64,000 bases of DNA, taken from NCBI GenBank assembly GCA_903813345.2, contig CAIIXF020000001.1:33914001-33978000 (forward strand), in the 5' to 3' direction. Both the position numbers and the translations under genes were made by a program. The DNA is from Owenia fusiformis. Lineage: Eukaryota. Below, one piece after another: positions 1 through 11,659 of this stretch. The notes below the pieces were generated by a model. That model made no database searches, was not told the origin of the DNA, and saw nothing but the letters and a program-made list of their open reading frames with translations. Positions within the stretch are counted from its first letter, which is position 1. Every line of letters starts with the position of its first letter.

Positions 1-105
1 CAGAAAGTTAAAAATTCGATTCCTCAATATAATATTATATATAAGGCTGATAATAGTTTCAACGCATTTCTTCCCCGTTCACATTACTATAGACATCACA
101 GGACC

Positions 106-1910
106 ATGAAGCTGGTACCCTATGTAGACAACGCGGAAAAGTGGCACAGGTTAATCAAAGCAGCCAGAGAGAATAGACTGTCGACGCAAGTAGGCTTCGG
201 AAAAAATCGTGCGAGCTACAGGTACGTTCACACCAACGGCGAATGCCACGCTTTAAATCGGCGAGCAAAGCGCCGTCATTTTTGTCATTTTTCTTCATAC
301 CAACGGCGCTTTGATGGCGCTTTAAAGCGGCTTGTAAAGCGGCACCAAAGCGTAACAAAGTTTGATTAAAGCGTCGGGGTCGTAATAGGTCGTAGAAAAG
401 CTCAGAGTAAAACGGGATATTCGGCAAGAGCGCCAAAAAATTTTAAACTCTTAAAAAATTTTGGGCGCTCTGTTACGAATCGATTAAGCGCCGAGAGCGT
501 ATCAAAGCTTAACAAACCGTAACAAAGCTCAGAAAAACTTGATCCAAAGCGTAGGAAAGCTTAACATAGCTCTAAAAGGTTCCTCACGCTTTGATCCCGC
601 TTTGATCAGGCTTTGTTACGCTTGAAATCACGCTTTGAAAAGCTTTGATAAGCATTATTACGCTTTGATGCGATTATGACGCTTTAAATCAGGCTCTGAT
701 ACGATTGCAAAACTCTGTTGTGCATTGTTACGCTCTGTTAAGCTCTGTCACGCATTGGAAAATGTCGAGATCGCCGATTCCATGCCGCTTTTGATCCAAT
801 GACTATATAAAGATGCAGTAGATCCATAAAACCATTGCATCTTTGACTCGAGAACACGATGGCAGAACAACGAGATCCAGAAATTCCAGATGGACCAGAG
901 CATGACCTATCTGAAGAAGACATGACGTTTGTCGCACGGCGTGATATAGCGTGTGAAAACTTTCAAGCGTAACAAAGCCTAGCAAAGCGTTTCAATCCTT
1001 GATTAAAGCGTCTCAATTCGTTGGAAAGCTTGAGAGTCCCTCAGGAAAGTGTAACAAAGAGTGTCAGATATTGATGAAAGCGTCTGACCTCGTGTCAGAT
1101 CTTCATGCCAGATTGTAGCAAATCTTGAGACATCTTAACGAAGCGTGTCAAGTGGTAACAGACCGTGAATAGACTGGGGTCCCCGCTTTGAACCAAGCTG
1201 TGTTAAGCTTTCCTACGCTTTGAGTCAAGCTTTGTTGAGCTTTGTTACGGTTTGTTAAGCTTTGATACGCTTTCGGCGCTTCAATCAATTCGTAACAGAG
1301 CGCCCAAAATTTTTAAACAGTTTAACATTTTTTGGCGCTCTTGCCGAATATCACGCTTTACTCCGAACTTTTCTACGACCTATTACGATCCCGACGCTTT
1401 AATCAAGCTTTGTTACGCTTTGGTGCCGCTTTACAATCCGCTTTAAAGCGCCATCAAAGCGCCGTTGGTGCGAACGCTTAAACAGTTTAAATTTTTTAGC
1501 GCTCTTGCCGAATATCCCGCTTTACTCCCGAGCTTTTCTACGACCTATTACGACCCCAACGCTTTAATTAAGCTTTGTTACGCTTTGGTGCCGCTTTACA
1601 AGCCGCTTTAAAGCGCCATCAAAGCGCCGTTGGTGTGAACGTACCATACGTACCTGTCAGCGCCATCAAAGAACCCGTTCGGGTGGTATCTCCGATGCAA
1701 GCAGTTGTTGACAGAGCTAAAGCCCAAATAGAGCATCAAAAGAAGAAGGTGGAAGAAAATGATCCCTATCATACTAAGGTGTACAAACTTAAGAAACCGC
1801 GTAAAGATGCTGTTTCCAAAGCAGTGTTTAAGAAGAAAAACATTAGAAAAACCAGATTGGACTTGTATAGACCACCAGGTATCTCTGCGAGAGGGAGGAA
1901 AATGAAATAG
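106..1910 (+). pseudogene. Small basic protein, probably Polinton-encoded, split by a 1427-bp insertion (coding parts 106-219 and 1650-1910)
   Basis: Removing 220-1646 and one TAC copy restores a continuous frame: MKLVPYVDNAEKWHRLIKAA...KNRASY|VPVSAIKEPVRVVSPMQAVVDRAKAQIEHQKKK..., with a Lys/Arg-rich C-terminus. Confidence 0.65.
220..1646. mobile_element. Non-autonomous PIF/Harbinger-like DNA transposon
   Basis: Perfect 21-bp TIR GGTACGTTCACACCAACGGCG (221-241 / 1625-1645), 3-bp TSD TAC (217-219, 1647-1649), long imperfect subterminal inverted arms rich in AAAGCG/CGCTTT. No transposase ORF. Confidence 0.8.
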
Positions 1911-2037
1911 GACTGATATAATTGTCATTTTTCTATTTTTTAGAAAAACCAGATTGGACTTGTATAGACCACCAGGTATCCCTGCGAGAGGGAGGAAAAT
2001 GAAATAGGACTGATATAATTGTCATTTTTCTATTTTG
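1843..2037 (+). repeat. 97-bp tandem duplication (2 copies)
   Basis: TTAGAAAAACCAGATTGG...TTTTTCTATTTT starts at 1843 and again at 1940. Confidence 0.9.
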
Positions 2038-2489
2038 AATTAGGCAATAAAACAGTGATAAATGTATATTTTTCTAGTTTTGTTATTATAAGAAACATTC
2101 ATTATATCATAATAAATAACTTTCTTACATATAAGGGAGAATTTGCTTGTAACAAAGCATTGTGGAAGGGAGTGTATATCCAATACTTCAGAGGTAGCAC
2201 GCTATAATTCTAAAAGAGGGTAGATTAATTTAAGCAAAAACATTTATTTATTTATTTACTAATACTTGTAGAATGTGTTTCTTTTAGATCCAGTCTGCTG
2301 GGTATATCATCGATTGTCCTCATTTCTCTCGCTATCAGATTCATCTTCGCTCGTAGAATGTTTTTCATTATCTGATTGTTGTTGTTGTTCATCACTGGAC
2401 CAGTGTAGACACTAAGGGGCTGAAACCTGCTGGTCAAAATGATATTACGGACCAGTTGCAATGTTATTTTCCTATACCTAGTGAAAAAA

Positions 2490-4143
2490 TCAACTGGTCC
2501 GTATCAAAAGTAACCAGATAATGACCAGTGGACCGGCTGTTAATGACAACACTGCACTGGACTCTTCACTTGTAGATTCATCATCAGCGAACAATTCTCC
2601 AGCCAAATATGAATATTTGTTTAGTGTTTTCTTGACTGCTCTTGATTGAGTCATGCCTTTCGCCAATAGTGCCTCCACTTCATCCATAATATCACGATGA
2701 ACTTCACTGTACCTTAACCCCAGTATATATGACAGAAGCTCTCCATAGTGTTTCAAGAATAGCTGTCTGGCACCAAACACAGATTTCTGTCTGACCCTTT
2801 CAACCGCTTTTTTGGATGACATTCCTCTTTCTTTATACTTCTCGACCAGTTCATCCCAATCATCTTGTAGCTCATCGATGACTTTATCTTTAATGCGATT
2901 CAAAGTTACATTATCCTTCAAGTCTTCAGTATGGAAATCACATCTCATGACATCGTTTTCATCACTTTCCCTCAATTCGGGACAATGCCTTCTGTGTTCC
3001 CTCACGTCGAGTGGTGACAACATCACTACACCACAATCCGTACAATGAGGGGTAGACATTGTCGTGGCAGGTATGTTAGGTTGATTGTTCATCGTGTAAC
3101 CAATACTTGGATTCATTGTGTTGTACATGGTTGGATTCGCCATATAGTACATCCTCGGATCAGGATTCATCTTTGATTCTGCAGCGATGGGTGTTGTACT
3201 GTAGTTTGCTCGGTTGATATTATCGAATGGTTCTTGATTTAAATTTACGCCTCTACTTATATCCACGCTTTTACACGGTATTGTGCTATATATTGGTGTT
3301 TGGTCCTCTTTGCCGTGAGAATAAAGTGCCGAAGATACGCCTATTGGTTGTTCAATAGTAGCTGCAGCAACATCGTACAATCTCATATTTTCGGGAGTTT
3401 CTTGTTTCAGATCAACCAGTAGATGTCCATATGGGTGTTGAGTAGCCTTTTCGTAAGCATCCAATAATTTCTTCGAATTTCCAGGATACATCTGATGGGC
3501 TAATACGGCCACCTGTTGGCGATCCCTAGGATTTTTATACAACACTATGTAGTGGCAGTTTAGGCTCATAGTTCTGCTTTCACGACCATGATGAAATAGA
3601 TTCTGCATCAGACAGATGACACTCAAATTTCTATGGTGAGAACCCTTAGTGTAGAGCTCAGAGATTCGCTTATCTTTAGTCATATCAGCCATTAGATCGT
3701 CGAAAATGATTAGATTTCTAACATTGACATCCAGGAAACTTTGGTCACCCAATGACTCTGGAATTCCCATGATAAATTCTATATTTTGAAAGCGGGTCTT
3801 TATTTCGACGTACATGGGCTGCCACTGTCCGAAGCACCAAATTATCCGTTGTGGGAGAGGGGTTATCTTTTTCTCCATATTTTCTATGAGTTCTCTGACA
3901 TAGGTAGACTTGCCCGAACCGAACCATCATCGTAAAGGGATGGTGAAGCATCTTTGTCCTATCACCATTGCATGGGTTAGCTGCCGAGTTTGTCATTGAA
4001 TAAAATCCCCCATGATGCCGTTCGCAAGATGGCGCCATGATACGTTTGTTAGGTCCGTGATCTATTCTCTTATGACGATACATGCTGGTTGCATGACTGA
4101 ATGTCTTCCCACACTCGCATGAATAGGAAGAACTATGAGGCAT
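2490..4143 (-). pseudogene. Polinton/adintovirus A32 (FtsK-HerA family) packaging ATPase with N-terminal C2H2 finger; frameshifted at Walker A
   Basis: CECGKTFSHATSMYRHKRIDH and HPFTMMV lie in ORF 3745-4143. GSGKST (3920-3903) is in the frame of ORF 2490-3878, which has Walker B LIIFDDLM, KGSHHRNLSVICLMQNLF and SLNCHYIVLYKNPRD. Frameshift at ~3921. Confidence 0.85.
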
Positions 4144-4257
4144 GTTGACTTCTCTATTACTAATAGTTAAATGCTAATATTTTCAAAGTATCACTATTAA
4201 ATAATAAATAATGCAAAACATCAATTTGGTGAACATCTCTGAATATGTAGCACACAT

Positions 4258-4808
4258 AGTGAACATGCTACTGACCATAAGTGAACATGCTACTGAACAT
4301 TAGTGAACATGCTACTGAACATTAGTGCACAATAGTGAGCATACTAGTGAATAATAGTGAACATGCTACAAAACAATAGTGAACATGCTTCCGAACATTA
4401 GTGAACATGCTACTGAACAATGGTGAACATGCTACTGAATAAAAGTGGACATGCTACTGAACATTGGTGAACATGCTACTGAACAATAGTGAACATGCTA
4501 CTGAACAATAGTGAACATGCTATTAAACAATAGTGAACATACTACTGAACATTAGTGAACATGCTACTGAACAATGGTGAACATGCTACAAAACAATAGT
4601 GAACATGCTACTGAACATTAGTGAACATGCTACTGATCAATGGTGAATATGCTACTGAATAATAGTGGACATGCTACTGAACAATAGTGAACATGCTACT
4701 GAATAATAGTGAACATGCTACTGAACAATGGTGAACATGCTATAGAATAATAGTGGACATGCTACTGAACAATAGTGAACATGCTATTGTACAATAGTGA
4801 ACTTGCTA
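4258..4808 (+). repeat. 22-bp minisatellite AGTGAACATGCTACTGAACAAT, ~25 copies
   Basis: 22-nt periodicity read directly (e.g. 4280, 4302). Confidence 0.95.
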
Positions 4809-4811
4809 GTT

Positions 4812-5335
4812 CAAAATTAGAAATACAATTGAAAATTTTTGAAAGGGTAAAAAGTTTGCTGTGCAAAAATGAAGTGTTCTGACATCTTATGGTCTTAAGA
4901 TCGACTAAAGATGCTGAAATAAGTGAAAATGAAACAATAAAATTGAAAATATTTGCAAGGGTAAAAATTTTATTATACAAAAATGAAGTGTGTTGACATC
5001 GTATAGTATTCATATGGGTTAAGGATGCTGAAATAAGTGAAAAATGAAAAGTAAAATTGAAACTTTTTGCGATGGTAAAAAATTATGATACAAAAATGAA
5101 GTGTATGGACATCTTATAGTCTTTATATGGGTTAAGGATGCTGAAATAAATGAAAAATATAATTGAAAATCTTTGCAAAGGTAAAATATTTGTTGGACAC
5201 ATATGTAGTGCGCTGACATCATAAAGTCTATATATGGACTAAATATGCTGAAATAAGTGAAAAATGAAATGTAAAATTGAAAATGTTTGCAAGGGTAAAA
5301 AAATTGTTAAAACAAAATGATGTATTCTCATATCG
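4812..5335 (+). repeat. Degenerate ~110-115-bp tandem repeat, ~4.5 copies
   Basis: Recurring AATTGAAAA...GCAAGGGTAAAAA...TGAAGTG...GACATC...GATGCTGAAATAAGTGAAAA. Confidence 0.8.
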
Positions 5336-6890
5336 TAAAATATGTACAGGCAAAACTATCTAACCCGTAAACAGCCAGGATAGACATTGAGTGACGTAGG
5401 CTGTCGTATTATGTTTACGAGGGTTACTTTGACCTCTGGATTTCCTGTTGTGATGGTATTCCCCGTACTACGCTAAGAAAAACAAAAGACGAATATTTAG
5501 TGTATACATGTACACGTAGAACTATCTATATTTTCAATATCTTGCTGTCATTTCCCGTGTCGTTTAATGTAGAAATATCCATTTCACTTTAGGGATTTCA
5601 CTGCATTTCACGTAGAAACGCTGACTTTTGCTTGTAGAAGTTTAGTAAGTATCTTCCATTTTGTCGAGACTTAACAACAATAAATCTTAAAGTAGTCATC
5701 TGTGAAAGAATTGTCTCACCATTTCCTTAAGAATTCTTTATTTTTTATAAAATTTCCTTTTTTAGAACTTTATGACACATTGTTGCCCCTTAGTTGTAAG
5801 AATATACTTATTTTAATGATTTTGTTGTCTGACTAAACTGAGAACTGGGCAATAAATAGTTACATTTGAGTAATTAATCTTAAAATATATGTCAAGAATG
5901 ATCAAATAGTTCATGTTGGTTTAGAGAATACATGAGGAATCGAATACTCTGAAACGCATTTCAAACGATTTGCCTATTCAAAATCAAAGCAAAAGTATTC
6001 TATTATGTCTTTAAAAATGCCAGAGAATTTCGCATGCCAGCTTTACGACTTTGTTCCATTGCCTAATTTTGGAATGTAGAAAGTAAAGTCCATAGTTTGT
6101 CGGGGTTACGGAAGTGTGGGGGTGTAGGAAATCTCGTATTTCATCCAGCATTGGAGAATACGTTCGAGAACGTTGAACATTATCATCCAGTAGGTCCTAT
6201 ATGACCAGGGATGGGGGCGTTGGAACTGTGGGGGTGTAGGAAATCTTGTATTTCACCCGGCGTCGGAGAATACGTTCGAGAAACGTTGGTAGGATGTTGA
6301 TATGTGACATACAGATTTCTTGCTGTGATGGTATTCCCATACTAGGCAAACAAAGAACAAATATGTAGTAACAACGTTTCTATCTATTTCCATATTCATT
6401 GTAATGAGTGCCAAACCTCTATCCATTTTGTATTTTATAATCTAGGCTATATAGTCACTTTTTATAGAGGTAATAGGTAACAGATAAATCATTTGTCATT
6501 TGGTTTTATTATCTTATCAATTGTCTCCGAAAGTCAACCGAACGATCGGAGAGTATCAATCATCCTCAGAACACTGACGTCAAAAAGACGTTTGGATATC
6601 GTCTAAACGTTCGAGAATCGTTTTACTTTTACGAAACTGTATCATTCGTATTTGAGAGCTTCTCATCCGAGAAAATTCACACTGACCTCACTCCGGAAGT
6701 CAAGCGACCAATCAGTCATCCACGGAAGTCAACTCTTGCGTCACTAAAACGTTCGGAAATCGTCTGAACGTTAGGGAATCCCGTATTACGTTGGGGTACG
6801 ATCGAAAAACGTTGGGGAATCCCGTATTTCATCAGATTTCATCATCGGGTCCTATAGGACGGAACCATGAAATACGCACACTATACTACT

Positions 6891-6958
6891 GATAACATTA
6901 TTGTACAAATAATACACTCGGTTTTTCTGCAGCACGCAGCCGCAGAGCCACATGCTAG
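6891..6958 (+). mobile_element. Helitron-like 3' terminus
   Basis: GC-rich hairpin TCTGCAGCACGCAGCCGCAGA (6926-6946) followed 8 nt later by CTAG (6955-6958) and T. Confidence 0.5.
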
Positions 6959-7723
6959 TGAATGTTATGTTTCTTTAGTGAAGGTTAGAATAGAAATACA
7001 ATTTTGAACAAAACACTCAATCGGCCAGACACCTATGTGACCCAGGCATAACGTGGTCTAATTGTCACGAAATGGTTGTTCTAGCTAACTGTGATATAAA
7101 TGCTAATTGCATAATTTTGTAGTCTCTCAATTTATAACATGTTAGGCTATGTCAGATATGTGTGAGCGTAAAATATTAAATCGACTCCTGTATGATATAT
7201 AGGTCACGTCTCACAAATCCAGCCTTTAAATTGAAACAACGTTTACAAATATTCGAGGGAAAATTCGTTATGCAGCTTTTACAACATGTGCTCGACCCTT
7301 ACTGCTGTACAAATTGAAGTGCGGTGTTTCTGCTTGGGTGTATGCCTACATGCATTAAAAACTGTTGTACATTGTAGGGAGAAGTGTTCGTTTTAAACAA
7401 GTCAGTCAATGGAAGTACTAGTGCTGTAACACGACTGTGGTGTCGACTAAAAACAAGCCATCATAATTACAAATAAAATTCATCTATGGTCAAGAGGAGG
7501 GAACGCCCCAGAGTTTAAAGATGACAGACATAATTACCTCTCTTGCTTACCACCTTCGTTCGTTCGAATTTTCATCGGCTAGTTTTCAAATACTACACTT
7601 CGATGGGATGTTTTAATTGATATAGGCATATTCCGTACACCTTTCTTTATCTTGATGTGAAATGAGAAGCTGATATTGGTTAACACGTCAGAAATGAACA
7701 TAATATTATTCGAAGCGTATTTC

Positions 7724-9017
7724 CACGGTGTATAACCCAAACGCTCCTACATGCACGACGGAGCGTTTCATTACTGAAATTAAACAAAGAAACGCTCCGG
7801 AGTAGGAAAACTGGCTGGCGGGAATGATGAGCCGTCTGACGATTTCCCCAATAATGGGAATAAGAGGTATGAGTTACATATTTCGAGTATACCATTCGAT
7901 GGGTGTGATATTCATGTTGTACGTGGCTGGCTGTTGACGTTTGAAGCAATTAGGAAGAGCTATACGAAGCAGTATAGTTATCAAAATTCAAAAACGTATT
8001 TGACATTCTACCGGTCAAAACCCCTTTTGTCGATACATGTGATTAGTTGAGCCAAGATTAGAGCACCAACGTATATTTTAGTCAAATTCCAATGCTTCAA
8101 CGCACCATACATTATCGTAATAGTGATTTGATGACCGAAAATCCAGTCTTAAAAATGATGACATTCTCATATTCAAGAAACGCTCCGATCTGATTAACAC
8201 AATGAATTGGAAACGCTCCGGTAGTCTAGATCAGTTTAGGAAATATATAGCTTGCCTTTCCTTTTCAGGAAGAGAAAGAAAAGATCTATTATACCCCTTG
8301 GCATCAATAGAAGAAAGATTAATTCACATATAAATTTTCGTTTTTTTCTATAGTTTTATGATTTAGCACATATGTAGGCATGACATCATCTAATGTATAG
8401 GCTTTAATCAGCTAGTTGCACGTTTAGCACCACCAGGTTCAGATGTTTCAATTTGCCTAACAAGTACAACACGTTTTTAAGAGATAGATTCGATTCGGGA
8501 CTCTTCTCTAAGTATCTGAAAATGATATCAAAACAAAATGGTAAGAGCGTTTCTAAAATTGTGTTCTAAATCGACGGAGCGTTTCGAGGAAAACAAGCGA
8601 TTTCTCGAGAACAAGTAATGGATTTGGACTGGGATTTTAGGAAATGAGAATATACGAGTTTGTGATCTACTACTTTAACAGAAAGATTAACGTTTTCATA
8701 GAAATACTAGTTTAATTCGTAATTTGTGGTCGAAACGTCATCTTCAGATTCGTTCGATCTACACTACGGAGCTTTGATCAAGCAAATAACAGTTTACCAC
8801 CAGAAGTTGAATTAATAAGATCTTTGCTCACGGTATTGTTCATCGAATGGTACATAATATTTCACCATAACATATGATATGTAAGAGAAACGAGAGAAAC
8901 AACACTTACGGTCATAGTGGAATCTTCATTAGCCGCCATTTTATTTCGCTCCGGAGCGTTTCCGCGTAAATGTAACGCTCCGTCGTGCATGTAGGAGCGT
9001 TTGGGTTATACACCGTG
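7724..9017. mobile_element. Non-autonomous Transib-like DNA transposon
   Basis: Perfect 44-bp TIR CACGGTGTATAACCCAAACGCTCCTACATGCACGACGGAGCGTT; 5-bp TSD ATTTC (7719-7723, 9018-9022); internal copies of AACGCTCC/GGAGCGTT. Confidence 0.8.
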
Positions 9018-10071
9018 ATTTCGAAAATTTTGAAACCGCCATTGATGACGTCATTTGTTTGTCGACTTTTGACCAATCAGCGACGATGCCATCTCAATAC
9101 AGATTTAAATTATAAGCGTATGTCATCTTTGAACCCTGGTGTTTCTCCCCCTCTGTCTATGGTCATTACCCCATATACCCTGCGTGCAGAGTCTAGTTAA
9201 ACTACAGACGAAGCTCTCTTTTAAGAAGTGAAGTCAAACGAATGCAAAGGGTATACCCCAAAACAAATCGTGGGAATACTAAAATAAATTGAAACGTAAG
9301 CTATCAGGTCTTATCACTATACATGAAATCTCAATACTTAACTTGAAAGGCGACTACGTCAACCGCAGATCAATTTACTCCCCAGTTACATTTGTCGCAC
9401 AGCGGCCGTAAGTAGACCGCAGATCAATTATATCAGTAAAGGGAAGCCGTAGATTTTATAACTCGGAGTTACAATATTTGTTAATTTCTGCGGTCCCCGT
9501 AGAAATCAACAGGCCGTACGTAGCCAGACCGCATAAAGGTCATTTCATTGCAATCCGTTCAAATCGTTAGCTACAAAATTGATTGACTAAACGTATGATA
9601 CATAAATGAGAGCTAAGAAAAAAGCGCAAGAAAAAACATTGAAATGTACTTGAAGTAGCGATTGTGTTTTCTGCTTACCAGTCACTGACCTGATTATGCA
9701 GATGAGAAGACCCCATTGGTTTCCCGGTAGAACAATCAGAACAGACGGGGACAAGCTTTGTTTGAACTGTTACTATATCTAGTATTTCTTAACGTTTCGT
9801 GACCAGAAATCCACTTAACTATAGGGAATATATTCCGTTATAAAAGAGAGATTTCGCACATAAGTGAAAGTACAACTTATACGTATACGTATAGTTTAAA
9901 GGGTCATGTTGAACTATTATATTTATCAAAATCAATTTTAAACTACCTAATGGAACATAACTAATTCCGTTAGAAAAGCTTCATCAACTAGAGACTATGA
10001 ATGCACTGTCATCTGCACGTGTAGATTATGCACATTATAATTAAATGCTTGCTTCCGTGTCCTTGTACGTA

Positions 10072-11080
10072 CAGTATGTCCCAAAAAAAGGAAACCAGCA
10101 ATAGATTGCTTATTTCTCAAATATGAATAATAATAGGAAAATTTCACAGCTACCACCTGGTAGGTTATGATGTCCTTTTTCTTATGATACCAAAGGTGTT
10201 TATATTTCTTCAAGGATGACTGATTTCTAAGAGATTTAAGTGACCATGTCAGAAATTGGTTTGTGCCACTTTTTCTGTCATGAATGGCTGAACAATGAGG
10301 GATTAAAATGGCTATGCAAGACCATGTCCTATTCGAAATACACATTTCTGAACAAGCATTTAACATAGCAAGTTCATGCAGCTGACCCAAGATCAAAGAG
10401 TATTCGTAGTAAGTGAGTGGCTCAGAAGTGGGAGCTTTTAGCAGGTTGCTGATCAGTTTAGAGTACGCTTCCCAGATAGAAATGAACCTGCTAAGTCGAC
10501 AATCTGGAAGAATATCAAGAAGTATCAGAGAGAAGGAACAAGTCTCAATCTCAACAAGGGACGTTCTGGAAGAAGAAGAACAGCTCGGTCTGATGAAAAC
10601 ATCAGGATTGTCGCAGCAGTGGAGGATCTAAGGGGACAGAGAGACATCATCAGGGATGCAGTACGTGCGATGAGATCTAGGGCAGACATTTGCACTGAAA
10701 GGAATGGGGCTCATGTTGAAGGACACTGGGGTTAAAACAACTTTGAATGGACATTGGGATTTAAAAGGGTTGTTAAATATGATATGTGTAATTTTAATTG
10801 GAATAAATGAGTAAAAGAGTGATATCTTGATGTTTGTTGTTACTTATCACTTTGTTATGATGGTGAAATTGACTTGGCTGAAAGTGGTACAAACTCATTT
10901 CTGACATGGTCACTTAAATCCCTTATAACTCAGTCATCAGTGAAGGAAAATAGACAACTTTGGTATCATAAGAAAAAGGACATCATAATCTATCAGATGA
11001 TAGCTGTGAAATTTTCCTATCATTATTCATATTTGAGAATTAAGCAATCTATTGCTGGTTTCCTTTTTTGGGACACCCTG
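10072..11080 (+). mobile_element. Internally deleted Tc1/mariner element (DD37D/maT-like) with ~200-bp TIRs
   Basis: TA-CAG...CTG-TA ends. Frame 10445-10735 reads RFPDRNEPAKSTIWKNIKKYQREGTSLNLNKGRSGRRRTARSDENI (HTH region) joined to the transposase C-terminus CTERNGAHVE. Confidence 0.8.
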
Positions 11081-11420
11081 TAGTGTATTATAAACACGAA
11101 CCTTCAAAGGGAGTCATGATTCTTTAAAGTGAGTCATTACATAAACAAGTTGATTATTTCAATGTTTTCATGATCAGTTTAAGTTCAATAAACTTACAAA
11201 ACGGAATACGTAGATGATAACGTATGCAGTTGGATCTCCGTATACAGATTTGCCTACATGTGTGTGGAACAATTGACCGCAAGCATTTTTTTTAATTAAT
11301 TGGCTGAGTGGAAACAGTATCCAATCAAATACTTTAACCATCAATTTGAAACACCAATCAAACCAGTAGGTTCTAGCAATTCCTGGAAACGACCCATTCA
11401 GTAGCTCAACATATGACATA

Positions 11421-11641
11421 CAGGGTGTTTCATAACGAGCATCTCCAAAAAGTCAATTTGAGAAGAGATTGGTCTATAACATATGTACTATATATGAGCC
11501 TATTTTATTCTAGACAAACACAGTTGGATCAACTAAACATGCTACAATTCAAGAAAGTACAAATGGCATCCCTTTGACCTGTATTTATTACAGTCCGAGA
11601 AGATCTTTCCTGACGAAAAGCTCACATTATGAAACACCTTG
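11421..11641. mobile_element. 221-bp Tc1/mariner-type MITE
   Basis: TA-CAGGGTGTTTCATAA ... TTATGAAACACCTTG-TA. Confidence 0.7.
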
Positions 11642-11659
11642 TAGGTTTACCTATAAGTA

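Larger units (their letters stand above)
1..6890. mobile_element. Right arm of a degenerate Maverick/Polinton (adintovirus-like endogenous element); left part lies outside the window
   Basis: Contains an A32-like packaging ATPase and a small basic ORF. Region 6100-6890 is repeat-rich and ends in CACTATACTACT (reverse complement AGTAGTATAGTG), matching the 5'-AGT-repeat termini of Polintons. The right boundary is inferred. Confidence 0.65.

Noticed and set aside
2252..2461. 69-aa ORF downstream of the ATPase
   Set aside because: Short, TTG start, no recognisable motif.
4258..4808. CRISPR-like array
   Set aside because: Contiguous tandem units with no unique spacers, no cas genes, eukaryotic context.
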